Below, piece by piece: positions 1 to 14,856 of a stretch of 64,000 nt of DNA (within the stretch, counting starts at the first letter, position 1; every line of letters starts with the position of its first letter). Origin of the DNA: Vermamoeba vermiformis (taxonomy: Eukaryota); the NCBI GenBank assembly GCA_045837725.1, contig JBEWZL010000179.1, positions 558,001 to 622,000 on the forward strand, given 5' to 3'. Under the pieces are notes generated by a model. It saw nothing but the letters and a program-made list of their open reading frames with translations, made no database searches and was not told the DNA's origin. Made by a program: the position numbers and the translations under genes.

Positions 1-333
1 CTTGCATAACGGATCATTGTTACTATATGCAGTATTTTCATTGTTTCCTGACGTCAATTAGGTTTTAGTCATACTATAAAATTTAGAATTACCCGTTGAT
101 ACGGGAGTCATCATCGAAAATACGTCTAATTCCATTATTTCCGTGCAACCAGAATATTAATGGTATTACGCTCTTTGATCTTCAGTTCAGAATCAGTTTG
201 TTTTTGAACACAAAAATTTGAGTTTTGGGGTTTTTTTTTTTTCCCCCCCCACTTCCTTCTGGCAAATCAAATTACTTGGTTCAATACCGTAGATAAACAA
301 GCTTATTCAAGGTTATGTTTATTTATGGATTGT

Positions 334-3164
334 TTACCAAACAGTGCATCTGTTGGTGGGGTTCATAAAGCTACCAGCAGGGCAGTTGAAGGTTTGAGAG
401 AACTCAGGCAAGTTAACCAAGGGGCCGATAACACGGAAACTGGTATTTGATTAGTTTTGAACTTCAGATCCGGATTTAACCAAAAACTTACCGAGCAGGG
501 GAGTGAGGATCGGTCTTGACGTGGATCTTAATGTAGTTATCAGTAGCCTTCTGGCACCAGCCTTGAGCAAAGGCAACGAAGAACAATTGACCGTTGGTCA
601 AACCATTGACGATTGAAGGAGCGTTGAACTGATCTCCAGCCAACTTGCTGTAAGCAGTGTAAGAGTTCTTAATGCCACCCATATCAGCAATATTTTCACC
701 CTGTCGGTTACGTTAGTACCATATAGTAGCTAGAGTTATTGAGCTGTACGTACTTGAGTCAATTTGCCGTTAACGTAGACACCAGGCAAAGGTTGGAATT
801 GGCTGTATTGGTTAATGACGCATTGAGCACGACGATCGAACCTAATAGCAACAATTAGCAATGCTAATATATTAAAGAGTTGTGCTCAGCAAGACTTACT
901 CTTCTTCAGTTTGAGGTTGCCACCAGTCACGAAGCATACCAGTACCATCGTAGTCCTTGCCTTGGTTATCGAAACCTATGGTACTGTTAATATGTGGCTT
1001 CGGGAGCTGAGTTTTAGATAGACTTACCGTGAGTCAACTCGTGGCCCATGACCATACCAGCACCACCGTAGTTCATGGCGAGAGGGTAGCTCAAGTTAAA
1101 GAACGGGGATTGCAAGATACCAGCAGGGAAGACCATCTCGTTCTTGGTGGGGTCGTAGTAAGCGTTGACGGTAGGAGGAGTCATTTCCCATTCGTAACGG
1201 TCAGCGGGCTCCTTCAACTTGTGCAAGTTGCGCAAGAAGCTGTCAGTGTTGGAGTACAAGACATTGACGAGGAAGTTGTCGGGTTGAATGGGGACTTCGG
1301 AGTAGTTGCGAGGGTTGTCGGGGTAACCAATCATGTTGGCAATCAAAGACAACTTGGTCAAGGCTTGGTTTCTGGTTTGGTCGTCCATCCAGTTAAGTGA
1401 GTTCAAGTCTTGGTGCATGGCGTCTTCTATAGATTGAATCATTTGAGAAGCAACAGTCTTGCTGGCACCAGGGAAGGCACGTTGAACGAAGTATTTGCCC
1501 AAAAGTTCGCCGAGAGAGGCATCGGCGGCACGAACGCAGACGGTGTCACGAGAAGGCAATTGCTTCTTGCCAGAAAGAATCTTGCCAAAGAAGTTGAAGT
1601 TCTCGTTGACGAAGGCCTTAGGACCATAGGGAGCAATAGAGTGGATCAGTTGCCAACTGTAAAGTTGAAGTTAGATCGCGTTTACGGGATCTTGCAGCGG
1701 GCTATTACTTACGTCAAATAAGGTTCCCAGTCTTGTTGGTATTGACCAACGACAATGCTCAAGTTGCCCAGGAAAGCAGGAGCATCAACCAAGACGTTGT
1801 TGAGCTTGAAGTTGAGACCCATACCCTTCAAGTAGCTAGTCCACTGCAAGTTGGGAGTCAATTGTTGCAATTGGCTGAAGGTGAGCTTGTTGTAGACAAC
1901 GAAGGGATCGATCAAGTTGTCAGGAGAAACGGTGATGTTAGCGATGGCTAAATAAATTTTGTCAGATTCGAGATCTTTGGATTTAGTTTTGAGTTACATA
2001 CCAGTCTCGAACTCGACGACTTGTTGAGCGAGAGAAGTAGCTTGGTCCGGAGAAACACCGACGGCCAATCTATGTGTGCATGGTGAGACATGTTACCGAG
2101 TTTTTTAATCCAAACTAGTTACTTACTGGAACATGTTGGCAATGTGTTGAGTGTATTGACCAATCATTTCGTCGTTATCGAAGTAGTAAGAGGCATCGGG
2201 CAAAGCCAAACCACCTTGACCAATCTATACAACAGTTAGAACGGAGATCCAAAGTACTTTCTGAAGTGTAGGTAACATACATCGAAGATATTGCTAGTGG
2301 GGTTCTTCGAGTCAATAACGACTTGAGGGGTGAAAAGGGCGCCGGCACCGCTCATGTGAAGCATACCAACAACAGCCATCAAGTTGTTGAGGTCCTACAA
2401 AAGTTCATTAATTGTCAGATCCTCGCGACCAAAAAAAAACCGTTAGATTGCAAACTTACACCGTCAATTCCTTCAATCAATTCGAACATGCTGTAAACGG
2501 CATCGATACCGTTGCTTTCAATAGCAGTCAAGTTCATGCAAGAAGAGTAAAAGGCTTGAAGTTTGGGATCAACAGTAGGGTCGTTGACAATAGCCTTTAA
2601 GACAGCTTCATTGTTCTTTTGAATAACGCTAAAGCTTCTGTAATTATAAATAATATTAGTAAGTATTTTGGAAATGAGATCAAAACATGTTTTTCGCAAT
2701 ACCTAGTAAGCACGTTATCTTCGGGAGGAATTTCAGTAGAAGAGATCCATCCACCGCCTGTATGTTAACATGGTTAAGGAAATATGCATTGAAAGTTCGT
2801 GTCAAGAGTGCACAAAATAGGCACGCGAGATGTGATTATTGTGGAAGGATACAGCTAAAAGTGTAGAAATCATCGCAAGGGTTGATAGTCCAGTTCATAG
2901 TCTTCGAGACGTCATTGGCAATGTCGAAAAATTGGGGATCTGTATGGATTGAAATAATTAGATTCTCGCAAATGACATGTCCGTTCAAAAATTTAGCAAA
3001 ATATTGTACAAAATTAATCGCATAAATATGGGGTATATTTTTAAATTTATGCGCTGAGTTGTCAACTTACCCTTTGAAGCACCCTTTCTGAACTCAGCAG
3101 GGATGTAAGCTGCAACAGCAGCAACAAAGACAAGTCCCACAACGAATAATAATGTGCGAGACAT
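334..3164 (-). CDS. Secreted M13 family zinc metalloendopeptidase (neprilysin/endothelin-converting enzyme-like), multi-exon
   Basis: Signal peptide MSRTLLFVVGLVFVAAVAA from ATG at 3164. M13 motifs VNAYY, GHELTH (HExxH), GENIAD, DPHSP and C-terminal CTVW-stop. Exons joined by GT-AG introns. Confidence 0.95.
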
Positions 3165-3397
3165 GGTGTTGAGTTAGAATCAATAGAAAAAATGCCAGCC
3201 CGAAAAAAATAGTTGGTGGATCGAGATTTTTCCATCAATTTTTCTGCCCGAATCATCCGAAGCACCCGGAAGGTTCTTTGGGACAAACATGCCATCTAAC
3301 TTTGCGCGTTAGAATGGACATGTCTTGGCGAAGTGATGCAGTCCTTAACTCAGCCGGCTGAAAGCATTCAGATCCAATTTTGTAAACGCGAAGCAAC

Positions 3398-4519
3398 ATG
3401 AGCGACGATGATTTTATCGAAGTAAAATACAAAGATAATAGGAAGAATCAGAGAGGGTCCTATCGAGGCAATAATTCGCATAGGGGACGAGGAAAGCCTC
3501 CGAGAAGAGCACATCCTAATCTGCGTTACCACACTCAACATCTAACAACCGAGAAAATTGGTAATATTAACGAAGAAGTAGAAAAGGGAAAAGAAAGAAT
3601 ACTAGAGTGTTTGTAAGTCTGAACTGTGTCTCAATAATAACAGGTTGTTGATTGTATTTGTCCCAGACAAGAGCTGCAGAACTCCTCATATTTTAGCAAA
3701 ATTCAAGGTAATTTTTAATATTGCCGCAATAATTTGATAATGATCTAGCGTTTAGATCATCTGATCCGTTGTGAAAAGAAACAGAATATTATGGATATAG
3801 TTTGTTATGGCATTGGCAGCTTTCATAGTTCCAAAAAATGTAGATATCAATTTGCGCTATTGCTGGCCATTAGAAAATTTCTTGAGATCGTAAGTCAGAC
3901 GATCTGCTTCTTGATCGTGTAACTCAAGTCTCTTAGGCCCCAGGACATGTATATATCTTTGATCCCGTACTAAATGAAGTAGACCGCGCGATAATAGCAG
4001 ATTACGAGATGAACATTATTAAGGAGAACGAGGTACGTGTATAGAACAACTATGGGCGGAGCTGACTCCTATTTACAGATGTGCAAGCGAAAGGCGAACG
4101 AAAAAACCTTATTTTATATGCCTCATTGCGGAAAGCAACTATATAGTAATTTATTGTGGGCCAATTGGAGTTCTAGGTTGTTACAAAATGTTGTGCTGTT
4201 CGGAAATAGCTTCAGCATGTACAAAGCGGAAGTGAATACGAAGAATAAGGCTGTATATGTATATAGAGTACGAAGGCGTTATATTAATCGAAATATACGG
4301 CAAATAACTGATCTTAATTCGACCACTCAGGTTTTGCCGTTCATCCACGAGTTACAGCTCCAAGATACATTCGAGATTACTGGAATTTTCAATGACTTAA
4401 GCATTCATCAATTCAAAGCGAAGCATTTAAATGAATTAAAAGAGGATTTTTGGCGACAGAACGAAGAAGAACAAATTGATGACACCGATCCGGAAATAAA
4501 CACCAATAATTTCAATTAG
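3398..4519 (+). CDS. SRR1: SRR1-domain protein
   Basis: Spliced motifs IVCYGIGSF, FDPVL, TLFYMPHCGKQLYSNLLWANW, FGNSF and FND match the SRR1/SRRD family. Confidence 0.88.
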
Positions 4520-4771
4520 TTATTGCATTTATGTTTCTAATAATAAGGGGTTCGGTGGATACGTATAAGGATGGATATAAGTGGCAACTGCTATTTATTT
4601 TTAGTTTACAAAAATATCGTTTCTAGCAGTCAACGAGTTGCTAATATTACACTATATATTATATTATTAGAACAATTTTGCAAAAGAATCATCTAATTAT
4701 TGGTTCGTACAACAATCAGAATTATAAATAAGTTAAAGTTTAAAAGGTGGATTTGGTCCGATCTGCAACGC

Positions 4772-6913
4772 TTATTCGAAGATAGGCGCAGCTTGTTCGA
4801 CCAAATATTGACACAATTCGGGCGTGATCTTCAAGGTCGGACTGAAGACGATAGCCAAGTTGTTAGGACCCATCTTGTTTGATGCTCGTTGCTGGCTGAT
4901 CTGACCCAACAACAAGAACAAATAACGCACGACGCCGTAGTTTGATTGCGGCAAAGTTGTCATCAAAATTTCGCGCAGTTTGTTAATCTTCTCTTGCGGA
5001 TCTTGTTCACTGTACACTGGGCCCAAAGAAGCAAAAAATCTGTGTAGGAAAGCAATTGTTAGATCTGGATCTTCGAACAATCAAAATTTGAATAGTGCTC
5101 ATTAAACATAATAGTACTTGTGCATATTAATGTCAATGCGGAGATGAATTATAATACAGAATATGACGGCTAAAATTGCAAATGGAATATTGTTCGAGCT
5201 CTTAGTAAGTAACGTGTCACGACACCATTTTTTGACACGAGCAAAAATTATCGTGATTCTATTCGTAATAATCATAGGACTTACTGTTCAACAAAAATAG
5301 ACTCGGGCAGTTCACGGAACCAACTCTTCAGCAAACCAGTGACTGCGTGTGAATCATAACCTGTCAAGTCAACAGGGGCCTAATATACAATTCATTAATA
5401 TAACGTGCTACAAAAGTAAACTATTACGGCAAAAATTTAAATAATAATGGCTATTAGAAGGCACATCATTTTTGTTGCGTTTTTTACACAATTCATTATT
5501 CAGAAATTCTCGTATAGTGCGCATTACTATATTAAGATACTGCAATAAAACTTACGGTATTAGGAGTGCAAAAAATGGCTTTGATTTTGCTGATCTCTGA
5601 GGAGGATCCGCTCAATCGGAAAATACCTTCTTCAGTCAATCCAGTCATGCCAATATATTGAATGCACCTAGAACAACACCGTCAATATATGTACGTACAC
5701 TTTGAGCGATTGCTAAGCTTTAATTCAGATTGGATGGTCGTGGATCAGCATCCAATACACTTTTGTGAATTTGCAAAATGATGATAGCGACGTACCTGTA
5801 AACGAGTTCAGGGACTGAAGGATCTTCGGGACACGGTGCGCGTGCAATTACATCAGCCAAAGGCACGCCGAATAATTTCAACTCGCCTTCTGTTGGTGGT
5901 GGCGGTGGATGTGTCATTGGTGCACCGCCAGTTGAAGGTGGTGTATAATTATTTTCTGACGCGCTAGTTTCTGAATTTTTGCTAGAGTCTTTATCTTTCT
6001 TCTTTCCACTCTTGCCAAGTTTTTCAAATCCAGATTTAGTTTTCTTAGCTGCAAAAACAACGCCGTCTTTTGCTTTGCCGAATGCATTTTTGAAATTTTC
6101 TTTTGAGAAAGGGTTCTTGTTCTTTTTCTTCCTTTCTGAATCTGATCGAGGTGACTGAAAAAAATTCGTTAGCTCACTTGATGGGATCTGATCAGAAATT
6201 TGAAACGTTTGTATTGTGACGAGATTATATGATATCGTCATTATTTAAAAATTGATCGTGATCTTTGAATATCGCTTTTGAAGTACAGTAATCTTATTGG
6301 AGTTACATTGCCGAAAAATTTTAGATGGCACGGTTTTGTTTTATCAGAATAAAATAGGAAATTATTGTTGGCATATAAAAAGGTCATAAGAATCGAGCTA
6401 AAACAATGTGATGCTATTTATCAAATCGATTATTATTTTTTTGGGATCATTGGAGAATATCTTTCAAAAATTTCGTTTGTCTCGCATTATTTCGCTAAGA
6501 TTTTGCTAAACCTTGCAGTATTAGAATATTTATGGGCAGTGAAAATGATAATCACGCTTAAGTTAAATTAAAATCAAAAATTAATAACAACGGTTAGATT
6601 TTCTTTCAGATTTAAATTGACGACACCAAATAATCCAAATTATTGCAAATAATTCATCTTATATTATGTACTATCATGATCTAATTACCATCGGTTCGCC
6701 TTCTTGCTCTGAGCCGTTTTGTCGGGGAGATTGAGGTGGAACTGAGCCATTTGAACTGCTCATATCGTTACCACTGTCCTGGCCCGATTGTGATTGTCTT
6801 AATAATGATGGTGAGCTATATGCGTGTTGAGGAGGGGGTGGTCGGTTGTCGTCCTCGCGATTTGGAACTGGTGGCGGTGGTAAGTAATCTGGAGCTGCGT
6901 GATTGTCTGTCAT
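4772..6913 (-). CDS. RhoGAP-domain protein with Pro-rich N-terminus
   Basis: LFGVPL, GLTEEGIFRLSG (arginine finger), LLKSWFRELPESIF and NKMGPNNLAIVFSPTL, distributed over several exons. Confidence 0.93.
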
Positions 6914-7260
6914 ATTGGATTTGCTAGTGTGGTATATATATTATAATGTGTTCGTATGTACAGCTATTAATCAGTTGATAGAGTGGTTATACAGCAAGTC
7001 TGTCAATCTAAATGTGCATTGATCAACAAATAAACTAACAAAAATATTCGGGCACGAGATAAATTGCCCTAAATAATATATACAATGCCTATTGTGTTCG
7101 TTAGCAAGGGAAAGGACAAAATTGAGCGTGTTTTTGGATCCAAAAACAGAAAGTTCAACAGAAAAACCGCCAAGAAAAATCACTACAGTTGTGTTTTTGT
7201 CGTGATTGAACACGACTCGATTTATTTATTTGTATGTATTAAATATCCTTATATTTAACA

Positions 7261-10200
7261 ATGTCACAGCAGGAGCCCGTGCCTGCTACTGATCTATCAA
7301 ACGGCAATGCCGAAATTAAAAATGAGGATCCAGTCGAAAAGAAGCATGATTCAAAGAAGAAAAAAAAGAAGCAAAAATGGGCAGATAAAGCTATCGAAAT
7401 AGAAGAAGGCCCTTACGACCCAATACCGAATCCGATCGACGACACCAACTGTTTTTCGTTGTTGTCGTATTGGTGGGTCGGCAGAATGCTTTCTAAAGGT
7501 TTTAAACGACCCTTAAATGTACGTATAGTAATCTTGGATTAATTTCGATTCATAATTTATTACTCCGATCTCGCGCGAGACATCGTTATTTGTCGGTCTA
7601 CAATTGATTCGATTTTTTGAAAATAGGAGCGAGATATTTGGGGAGTTCCTGAAGCAGACGAAACAAGACTCAACGCCGATAGATTAGAACGAATTTGGGC
7701 TCAGGAGTCAAAAAAGAAAAAGTACGTTTTGAATTCGATTTAATTTTGCAGCTGAATGATTCTTATGCCTTTATTTGCTTAATTATATGATACATAATAT
7801 ATATACTATAGCTCACGACTAACAATGCTTATTTGATGCGTTACACATTGTGGATCCCGATCTAGAATCTTCTCTTCCTTTGTGAATTACTTCTAATTGA
7901 TTATTTTAGTCCATCGATTGGTAGAGCATTTCTGCGCGCAGCAGGTGCTGAATATGTCTTATCAATATTATTTATGGCGCTGTACATTGGATTCGCTCTT
8001 CTTGGTCCAGCGTACCTCATCAAAAATCTGCTGTTGTATTTAGAAAATATGGCAGACAGACCTGCATATGAAGGATGGCTCTATGTCGTTGGATTATTCT
8101 TGCAAAGCTTTTTTCAAACGACATCGCTCCATTTTCATTTCTATTTGTGCATCCGAGTCGGGCAGCGAGTAAGTTGCGCATTTTATTCTAATTATATATC
8201 TAACTGTTTCGTAGTTACGCACGTCATTGATGACAGTTGTGTACCGCAAAGCTTTGCGAGTTGGTGTTGTCGAATCTACGATCGGAGAGATCTTGAACAT
8301 GCAATCTAATGATGCATATCGAGTCCACGAGTTTTTCCGCTACTTCCATTTCTTATGGGGAGCTATTGTTACGACGATAGGTTCGTACCATTACTTCCTT
8401 TTTTAGACTCCGTACTAACATTTAACCGCTAGCTGTCTTCATATTGGTTATTTTTGAAGTCGGAATTATTTCCTCAGTCGTCGGTTTTGCATTTTTCATC
8501 ATTATGTACCCGTTACAAACGCACATTGGCAAAGAGATTTCAAAGATCCGTCGCAGAACTATTCCCATCACTGACACTCGTGTACGTTTAATGAGCGAAA
8601 TTTTGACGGCTATTCGCTTAGTTAAATTGTACTGTTGGGAGAAGAGTTTCAGCGAGAAGGTACGAGTCAGCTTTATTCCAATTTTGGAAGTACGACTAAA
8701 TATGGTAATTTTTATGTTAGGTCTCTGATGTTCGAGCGCAAGAAGTGAAAGGCTTGAGATTGACGGCGATTATTAAGTCAATCAACCAGGGCATTTCCTT
8801 ATTTGGTCCGAGCATCGTTTCATTCTTGACGTTTTCAGTGTACATCGCACTCGGCAACAATTTGACCTCGGCCATTGCTTTTACGACCATTTCACTGTAC
8901 AATGTTGCTAGATTTCCTTTGACTATGATGCCGCTAAGCATTAAATCTCTCGCAGGTAAGAATTAGAAATATTCCAAATTAGGAAAAGCCCTTTCACTGA
9001 CCCGTATTTTAGAGTCTAAAATTGCGTACCGTCGCTTGACCAACTTTTTGTCCCAAGAAGAATTGGTCGATAATCGTGAAGTCAACTTGACACCTAAACG
9101 CGTGTCATTGCGTGTCAAAGGCTCGTTCAAGTGGAAAGCACGTGGGCCCGTGACGCAACTGGATAACAAGACCAAGCTAGCCAAAAAAGGCAAAAAGAAG
9201 CAAAAAGTCGAAGTTATTGAAGACGTGCCTGAATTAGTCGATCAACAACAACAGACTGGAGATTTTTCCTTGAAAGGTATCAACATCAAAATCAAGGCTG
9301 GCGAACTTGTTGCCGTAAGTTATACCTTTATCCTAACGTTAACTTAAATAGCATATTTTAAGCAACCGAAGTAACATAAAATGCATATCAAGATTTAGTC
9401 TAATCACAATAATATTATGTAGGTCGTTGGTTCAGTTGGATGCGGCAAAAGCAGTCTTTTGTACGCTGCGCTAGGTCAAATGACAATGACCGAAGGGAAG
9501 ATCAAAGTGAACGGATCTACTGCTTACGTCAGTCAACAAGCGTGGCTACTGAGCGACACTGTTAGAAACAATATTTTGTTCGGTTCTCCTTATGAGAAAG
9601 AGCGCTACAGAAAAGTCCTCGAAGTATGTTAACAGAAAATGTCAGATCCGGTTTGACGAAATATCTTATTTCTTATTTTAGGTATGTCAATTGATGCCTG
9701 ATTTGGATCAGTTCCCGGCACGTGATCAAACCGAAATCGGTGAAAAAGGAATTTCGTTGTCAGGAGGTCAAAAACAACGTGTTGCACTTGCACGAGCAGT
9801 TTACGCGAACAAAGATATTTTGTTGCTCGATGATCCGCTCAGCGCTGTCGATCAGCACGTGGGCAGTGCGCTGTTCAATAACTTACTGAAGGACTATTTG
9901 AAAGACAAAGCTATCTTGTTCGTCAACAACCAGATCCAGTACTTGGCTAAATGCGACAGAATTATTTTCATGAAAAACGGAGTTGTCGAGGTAACATTTA
10001 AATTCATACTAGGCCATCAATCAATATCTAACTATCAATAGGGAGTTGATACTTATGAGAACTTGCTGGCGTCAAACGCAGATTTTTCAAGAATGGTTAG
10101 CGAGCACGTGTCAGGTGACACTGAAGAGCAAGCCAACGAAGAGAAAAAAGACGAGAAAAAAGTTGACGAAGAGAAAAAAGACGAGGAGAATAAGAGATCA

Positions 10201-12695
10201 GAGGATGAAGACGATGAAAATTCAGCTGAAATGCGCAAAAAAGGCAAATTGATCGTAGCTGAAGACAGAAAGATGGGAAGGCAAGCACATCATAAGACAT
10301 TATTATGTCGCTAACGATTATTATCTTAGACTGAACTTCTCAGTGTACGGAGACTACGCCAAAGCAGGTGGAGGATTTTTATGTTTCTTGGTCTGTTTGA
10401 CTTTCTGTTTGACGCAAGGATCACGCATTGTTAGTGGTACGTCCAAATATTACTACTGTCATATATGCATACATCCCTAACGATCAATTTTAGATTGGTG
10501 GGTTTCGTACTGGATCAGAAGTACGGATCCGACTGTTCACTCTTTGGCATACTTTGTCGGTATTTCTGGAGGTCTATTAGGAGCTTTGTTAGTATCAACG
10601 ACACTAAGATCAGTTTTCTTTGCTTGGTTCACGTTAAGAGCAGCAACTAAGCTTCACAATGGAGTTTTTTGGGTACGTTTACTTACGCAATTCGAACTAT
10701 GCGGAATATTAACGGAGTTTCCTTTTATAGAAAGTCACTCGTGCGCCAATGAGTTTCTTCGATTCAACTCCGACTGGAAGAATCTTGAACAGATTTTCGA
10801 AAGATCAGGATCAGATCGACGACTTGTTGCCTGATTCGTTGCTTCAGGCCTTACAATATTTATTAATGGTGATCAGCTCGTTGATTTTGGTTTCAGTTCT
10901 ATTGCCCTGGTTCACTCTCGTCTTGCTACCGTTCTTCGCTCTCTTCTGGTTCTTTGGCGTAAGATCCACTTCAATAACTTCAATTAGTTTATGATGTATT
11001 CTAATATTTATATTATCTAGATGTATTATCAACGAAGTGCGCGTGAGTTGAAGAGATTAGATAGTGTCACACGCTCTCCTATTGTCGAACATTTGTCAGC
11101 GACGTTGCAAGGCTTGTCTACAATTCGAGCGTACAATATGTCGGAGACGTTTGAACGCATTGAAGTTGACAAGATAAATTTCAACTCGAGATTTTTCTTG
11201 GCATTTGAAATGGCAGCAAGGTAATTTAAATCAAAATTTAATATCAAAAGTATTTATTTAACAATTTGTTCAGATGGCTTGGCTGGCGGTTAGATTTTAT
11301 GAGCACGTTGGTTGTTACTTTAACGGGCATTCTTGTTATCGTATTGGCTGATACGATTTCGCCGAGTACTGCCGGTCTTGCCTTATCTTATTCATTGCAA
11401 CTCGCCGGTATTTTCCAATGGAGTGGTACGTAGAAATAATATCAATAATTGAACAATAAGAGCGTATTTTAACATGCTTTGATTCTAGTTCGTGTTGCTG
11501 TAGAGGCAGAAAGTCAAATGACTAGTGTTGAACGATTGATGTATTACACGCGCAATATTGATTCTGAAGCACCTCAAGTCATCGAAGAGAATCGTCCTCC
11601 TGAGAACTGGCCTTCTAAGGGTGAAATAGAGTACAAAGACGTACGTTTTGTAACGGAGAATTTTTGGCAGGCAAAACGTTTTGACACTCAAAATTTTTCA
11701 ACCAGGTTGAAGTTCGTTACAAAAAGACTGGCAAACCTGCTTTGACCGATCTGACTTTTGCAATTAATGCGCAAGAGAAGGTTGGCATCGTTGGACGGAC
11801 AGGTGCTGGCAAATCAACTCTTGGCATGACTTTGTTCCGCATCCTCGAACCTACTGCCGGATCCATCATCATCGATGGAATAGACATTACAACTATCGGT
11901 CTTGACGACCTAAGATCGAAGTTGGCAATCATTCCTCAAGATCCAGTGCTTTTTATTGGTTCTATTCGGAGCAACTTGGATCCGTTCAATCAGTATAGCG
12001 ATACCGACCTTTGGGACACGCTTGATAAGGTAAAATCACTGCCTATATTAACAGCAGTGTCTAATACGCCGTTTTAGGTCCATTTGAAGAAGTTGGTTGA
12101 AGAATTGCCGGGCAAGTTGGAGGCATCCGTTTCAGAAAACGGAGAAAACTTCTCAGTCGGTCAAAGACAATTACTTTGCATTGGAAGAGCTCTTGTACGC
12201 AAGCCTAAAATTTTAGTGCTCGATGAGGCGACTGCATCGATCGACATCGAAACAGATGAGCTGATCCAAAAGACGATCCGTCAAAGTTTCGCGAACTGCA
12301 CCGTGCTTACTGTGGCTCATCGTTTATACACTATCATCGATTCAGATAAGATAATGGTCATGGACAAGGGCAAGCTCGTTGAATTTGATTCGCCGAAGAA
12401 CCTGCTACAAAGCGATCAAATTTCCTTATTTGGAAAATTGATCGACCAAAGCGGATCTCAATCATCGCGATACCTCAGAGACGTTGCATTAGGCAACGCA
12501 TCTTTATTTGATAAAGAAAAGGCTGTTGAAGAACAACAAAAGACCAAGGAGGAAAATGAGCGCAAAACATCGAAGAAAGTCAAAAAGAAAAAAGAGAAGA
12601 AAAAGCGTGAGAAGAAAATAGTCGAATTGGACGATAAGAATATTGAAGAAAAAGAATTGATTAACGGTTCTAATAAGAGCAGCACCGATTCTTAA
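7261..12695 (+). CDS. ABCC/MRP-family full ABC transporter (TMD-NBD-TMD-NBD, no TMD0)
   Basis: NBD1 has [16 protein letters not shown] and [10 protein letters not shown]. The second half has [34 protein letters not shown] and LDEATASID. Many introns. Confidence 0.97.
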
Positions 12696-12913
12696 ACACA
12701 ACAAATGTAAATAATACTGTTATTTATAAATGCGACCACTCAAGATCATAGCATTTTTTCGTACAGATTATTTTGTCGAAGCCGCTCGCCGCCCGCGGCG
12801 AAATTTCGGGCAGGCTTTGATAATTTTGCCTTCTAAACTTCCACTACATTTAAATAGCAAACCAATGCACCCCGAGTGTGAACGAATTTCGCAGGAAATG
12901 TTACACTCGTGAC

Positions 12914-14685
12914 TTAACTTGTGGTTTCAAAGTCGAGCAAAAACATCGAATGTTTTGACCAAATTAGAAACTTGCCATCGTTTCGACCAATCTAGGAAAA
13001 AATATTAGCCATATCAAATTGTATCGGGCCTGTGGATTACGAAGAGAAACGTACCAATTTTGGAGACAAGAGCGGCGTATCAAATTTCAGTTCGCATAGT
13101 AACTCTGTGGTACAGCCGTTGAAAAACAGATGATATCGTTCAGCTTGCAATACAACAATGCCATTGTAATAATTAATTGATGTAGGTGAATTATCTTCAA
13201 AGCTGAATCGGCATCGTTTGATGATTTCGCCGCTTATAGTCAAAATGTGCCATCCATCCGAGTCACTAACAAACACCTAATATAATCATTAATAATAGAT
13301 AATATACAAGACATGTCGAACGAAGTTACAAAGAAACGACAGAAGTGACACGTGTCAAATTAATTTTTCACGGTTGATGAAATTTTCTTACGTGATCGCG
13401 ATAAATCATCCACGAGTAAATATTCCGCTCGTGTTCTATTACGTTAACGTATTCTTCAGCCTTCCAATCATACACGTGCGTCACTGGCTTGTCTTGAACA
13501 GAGTACGAGATGTATTTCCCGTCTATTCGCACTTCGTTGATCTTATCGGACAGCGGAATAACTTTATACGAATTTGATACTGGATCGATCCAAAATAATT
13601 TCTGCAAAGTATTGCTGCAGGTTAAATTGACTGTTAATAAAACTGCCTCTGGATCTTGGTCTAGACAAATTATATTTACCTCCAAGCCACGAAACTATTC
13701 TCTTCCAGATCAGTATTGAGCGTTACATTCAATAATTTGCGATTATCTAAATAATTCATCAGTCAAAAACGAAATTAAATAGATCAGTACTTTTGATAGC
13801 AAATATTGAGTAGCTACGAACCAATAGGCAATAATATAGATTGCATTAGCTGCATCATTCTTGATCGGTGTTGAAAATCGAGTTTTTGACCCGTAGATAG
13901 ATTAGAGACTGCTGGATGTGTCGAGACCTTTCGGAAATTAAATTAGATCGAGATTTAGAAGGAATTTACTATGACTCACGAAATATATATAGTAGTCCTT
14001 AGTAGTAGCCATATTTTTGCATTTAGCCTCGATTCTCGAAGCTTTTAAAGTGTTCAGATCGAACAGCGTCGGACTCGTTGATTTGGATGTTTTGTTTGCG
14101 TAGGTAATAAGCAGGTTGTCTTTTGCTACCGATACTGTCTGCGTAATATCCTCGCTCAAGGTATTTTTCCATCGCGTAATGTACCTGCAAAACGGATCTA
14201 AATTAGGAAATTGTAGTTCGGGTTTAAATATCAAAAAATATCGTGAAAATGCAAAAATAATATTTAATATGATGTATATTGATATCATTACCGATTTCGG
14301 ACCATATTTGAGGTGATGATTTCGGATTTGATTGCACGATCCCGAAATGTTTTTAATACCGTTGGCTCGCCCTTGATCACCATAAAATTACGTTGATAAA
14401 TATCCTAAAAATAATATTAATTAATGAATAATTTACTAGGATACAGAACGAGGTCGACATCATAAAAAATTAGAGATCTCTATTGTAAAATTATTACACG
14501 GCATACTACAGAATAGAGATAAGGTGAAAAGTTCATACCTTCCATATACTCTCGTTTAGTAAATTATCTCGCCATATTTTGCAAACATAAGTCAATCTGA
14601 TTGCGTTTGTCACAGAACAGGTTTCTAAAATATGAGCGAAGACTTCCAAAGGTAATTCTGACCAATTAATTGCGCTTTCTTCCAT
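12914..14685 (-). CDS. F-box protein with probable beta-rich C-terminal region
   Basis: First exon, absent from the ORF track, reads MEESAINWSELPLEVFAHILETCSVTNAIRLTYVCKIWRDNLLNESIWK, an F-box consensus. Downstream exons at 13037-14288. The 3' end is inferred. Confidence 0.8.
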
Positions 14686-14856
14686 TCTTTAATTAATTTT
14701 ACTAATTTGCTCGAGCATTTGATGGTTTGCTTGTCGTTTGGCGGGAAGAATGAAAATTCGATCCGTATTTTTTACCCTTTTAATTTGATTTCATGTCGGT
14801 TACCATAACAATCAATCATTAATTAATTAGATGATTTAACAGAAGTACTTGCAAAG

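Noticed and set aside
225-250. GGGG-T12-C8 run resembling a terminator or telomeric seed
   Set aside because: Simple homopolymers downstream of a eukaryotic gene; not repeated.
1029-1951. Long plus-strand ORFs opposite the M13 peptidase (similarly 33003-33422, 36270-36644, 49217-49816)
   Set aside because: Antisense shadows of biased-codon genes with no independent motifs.
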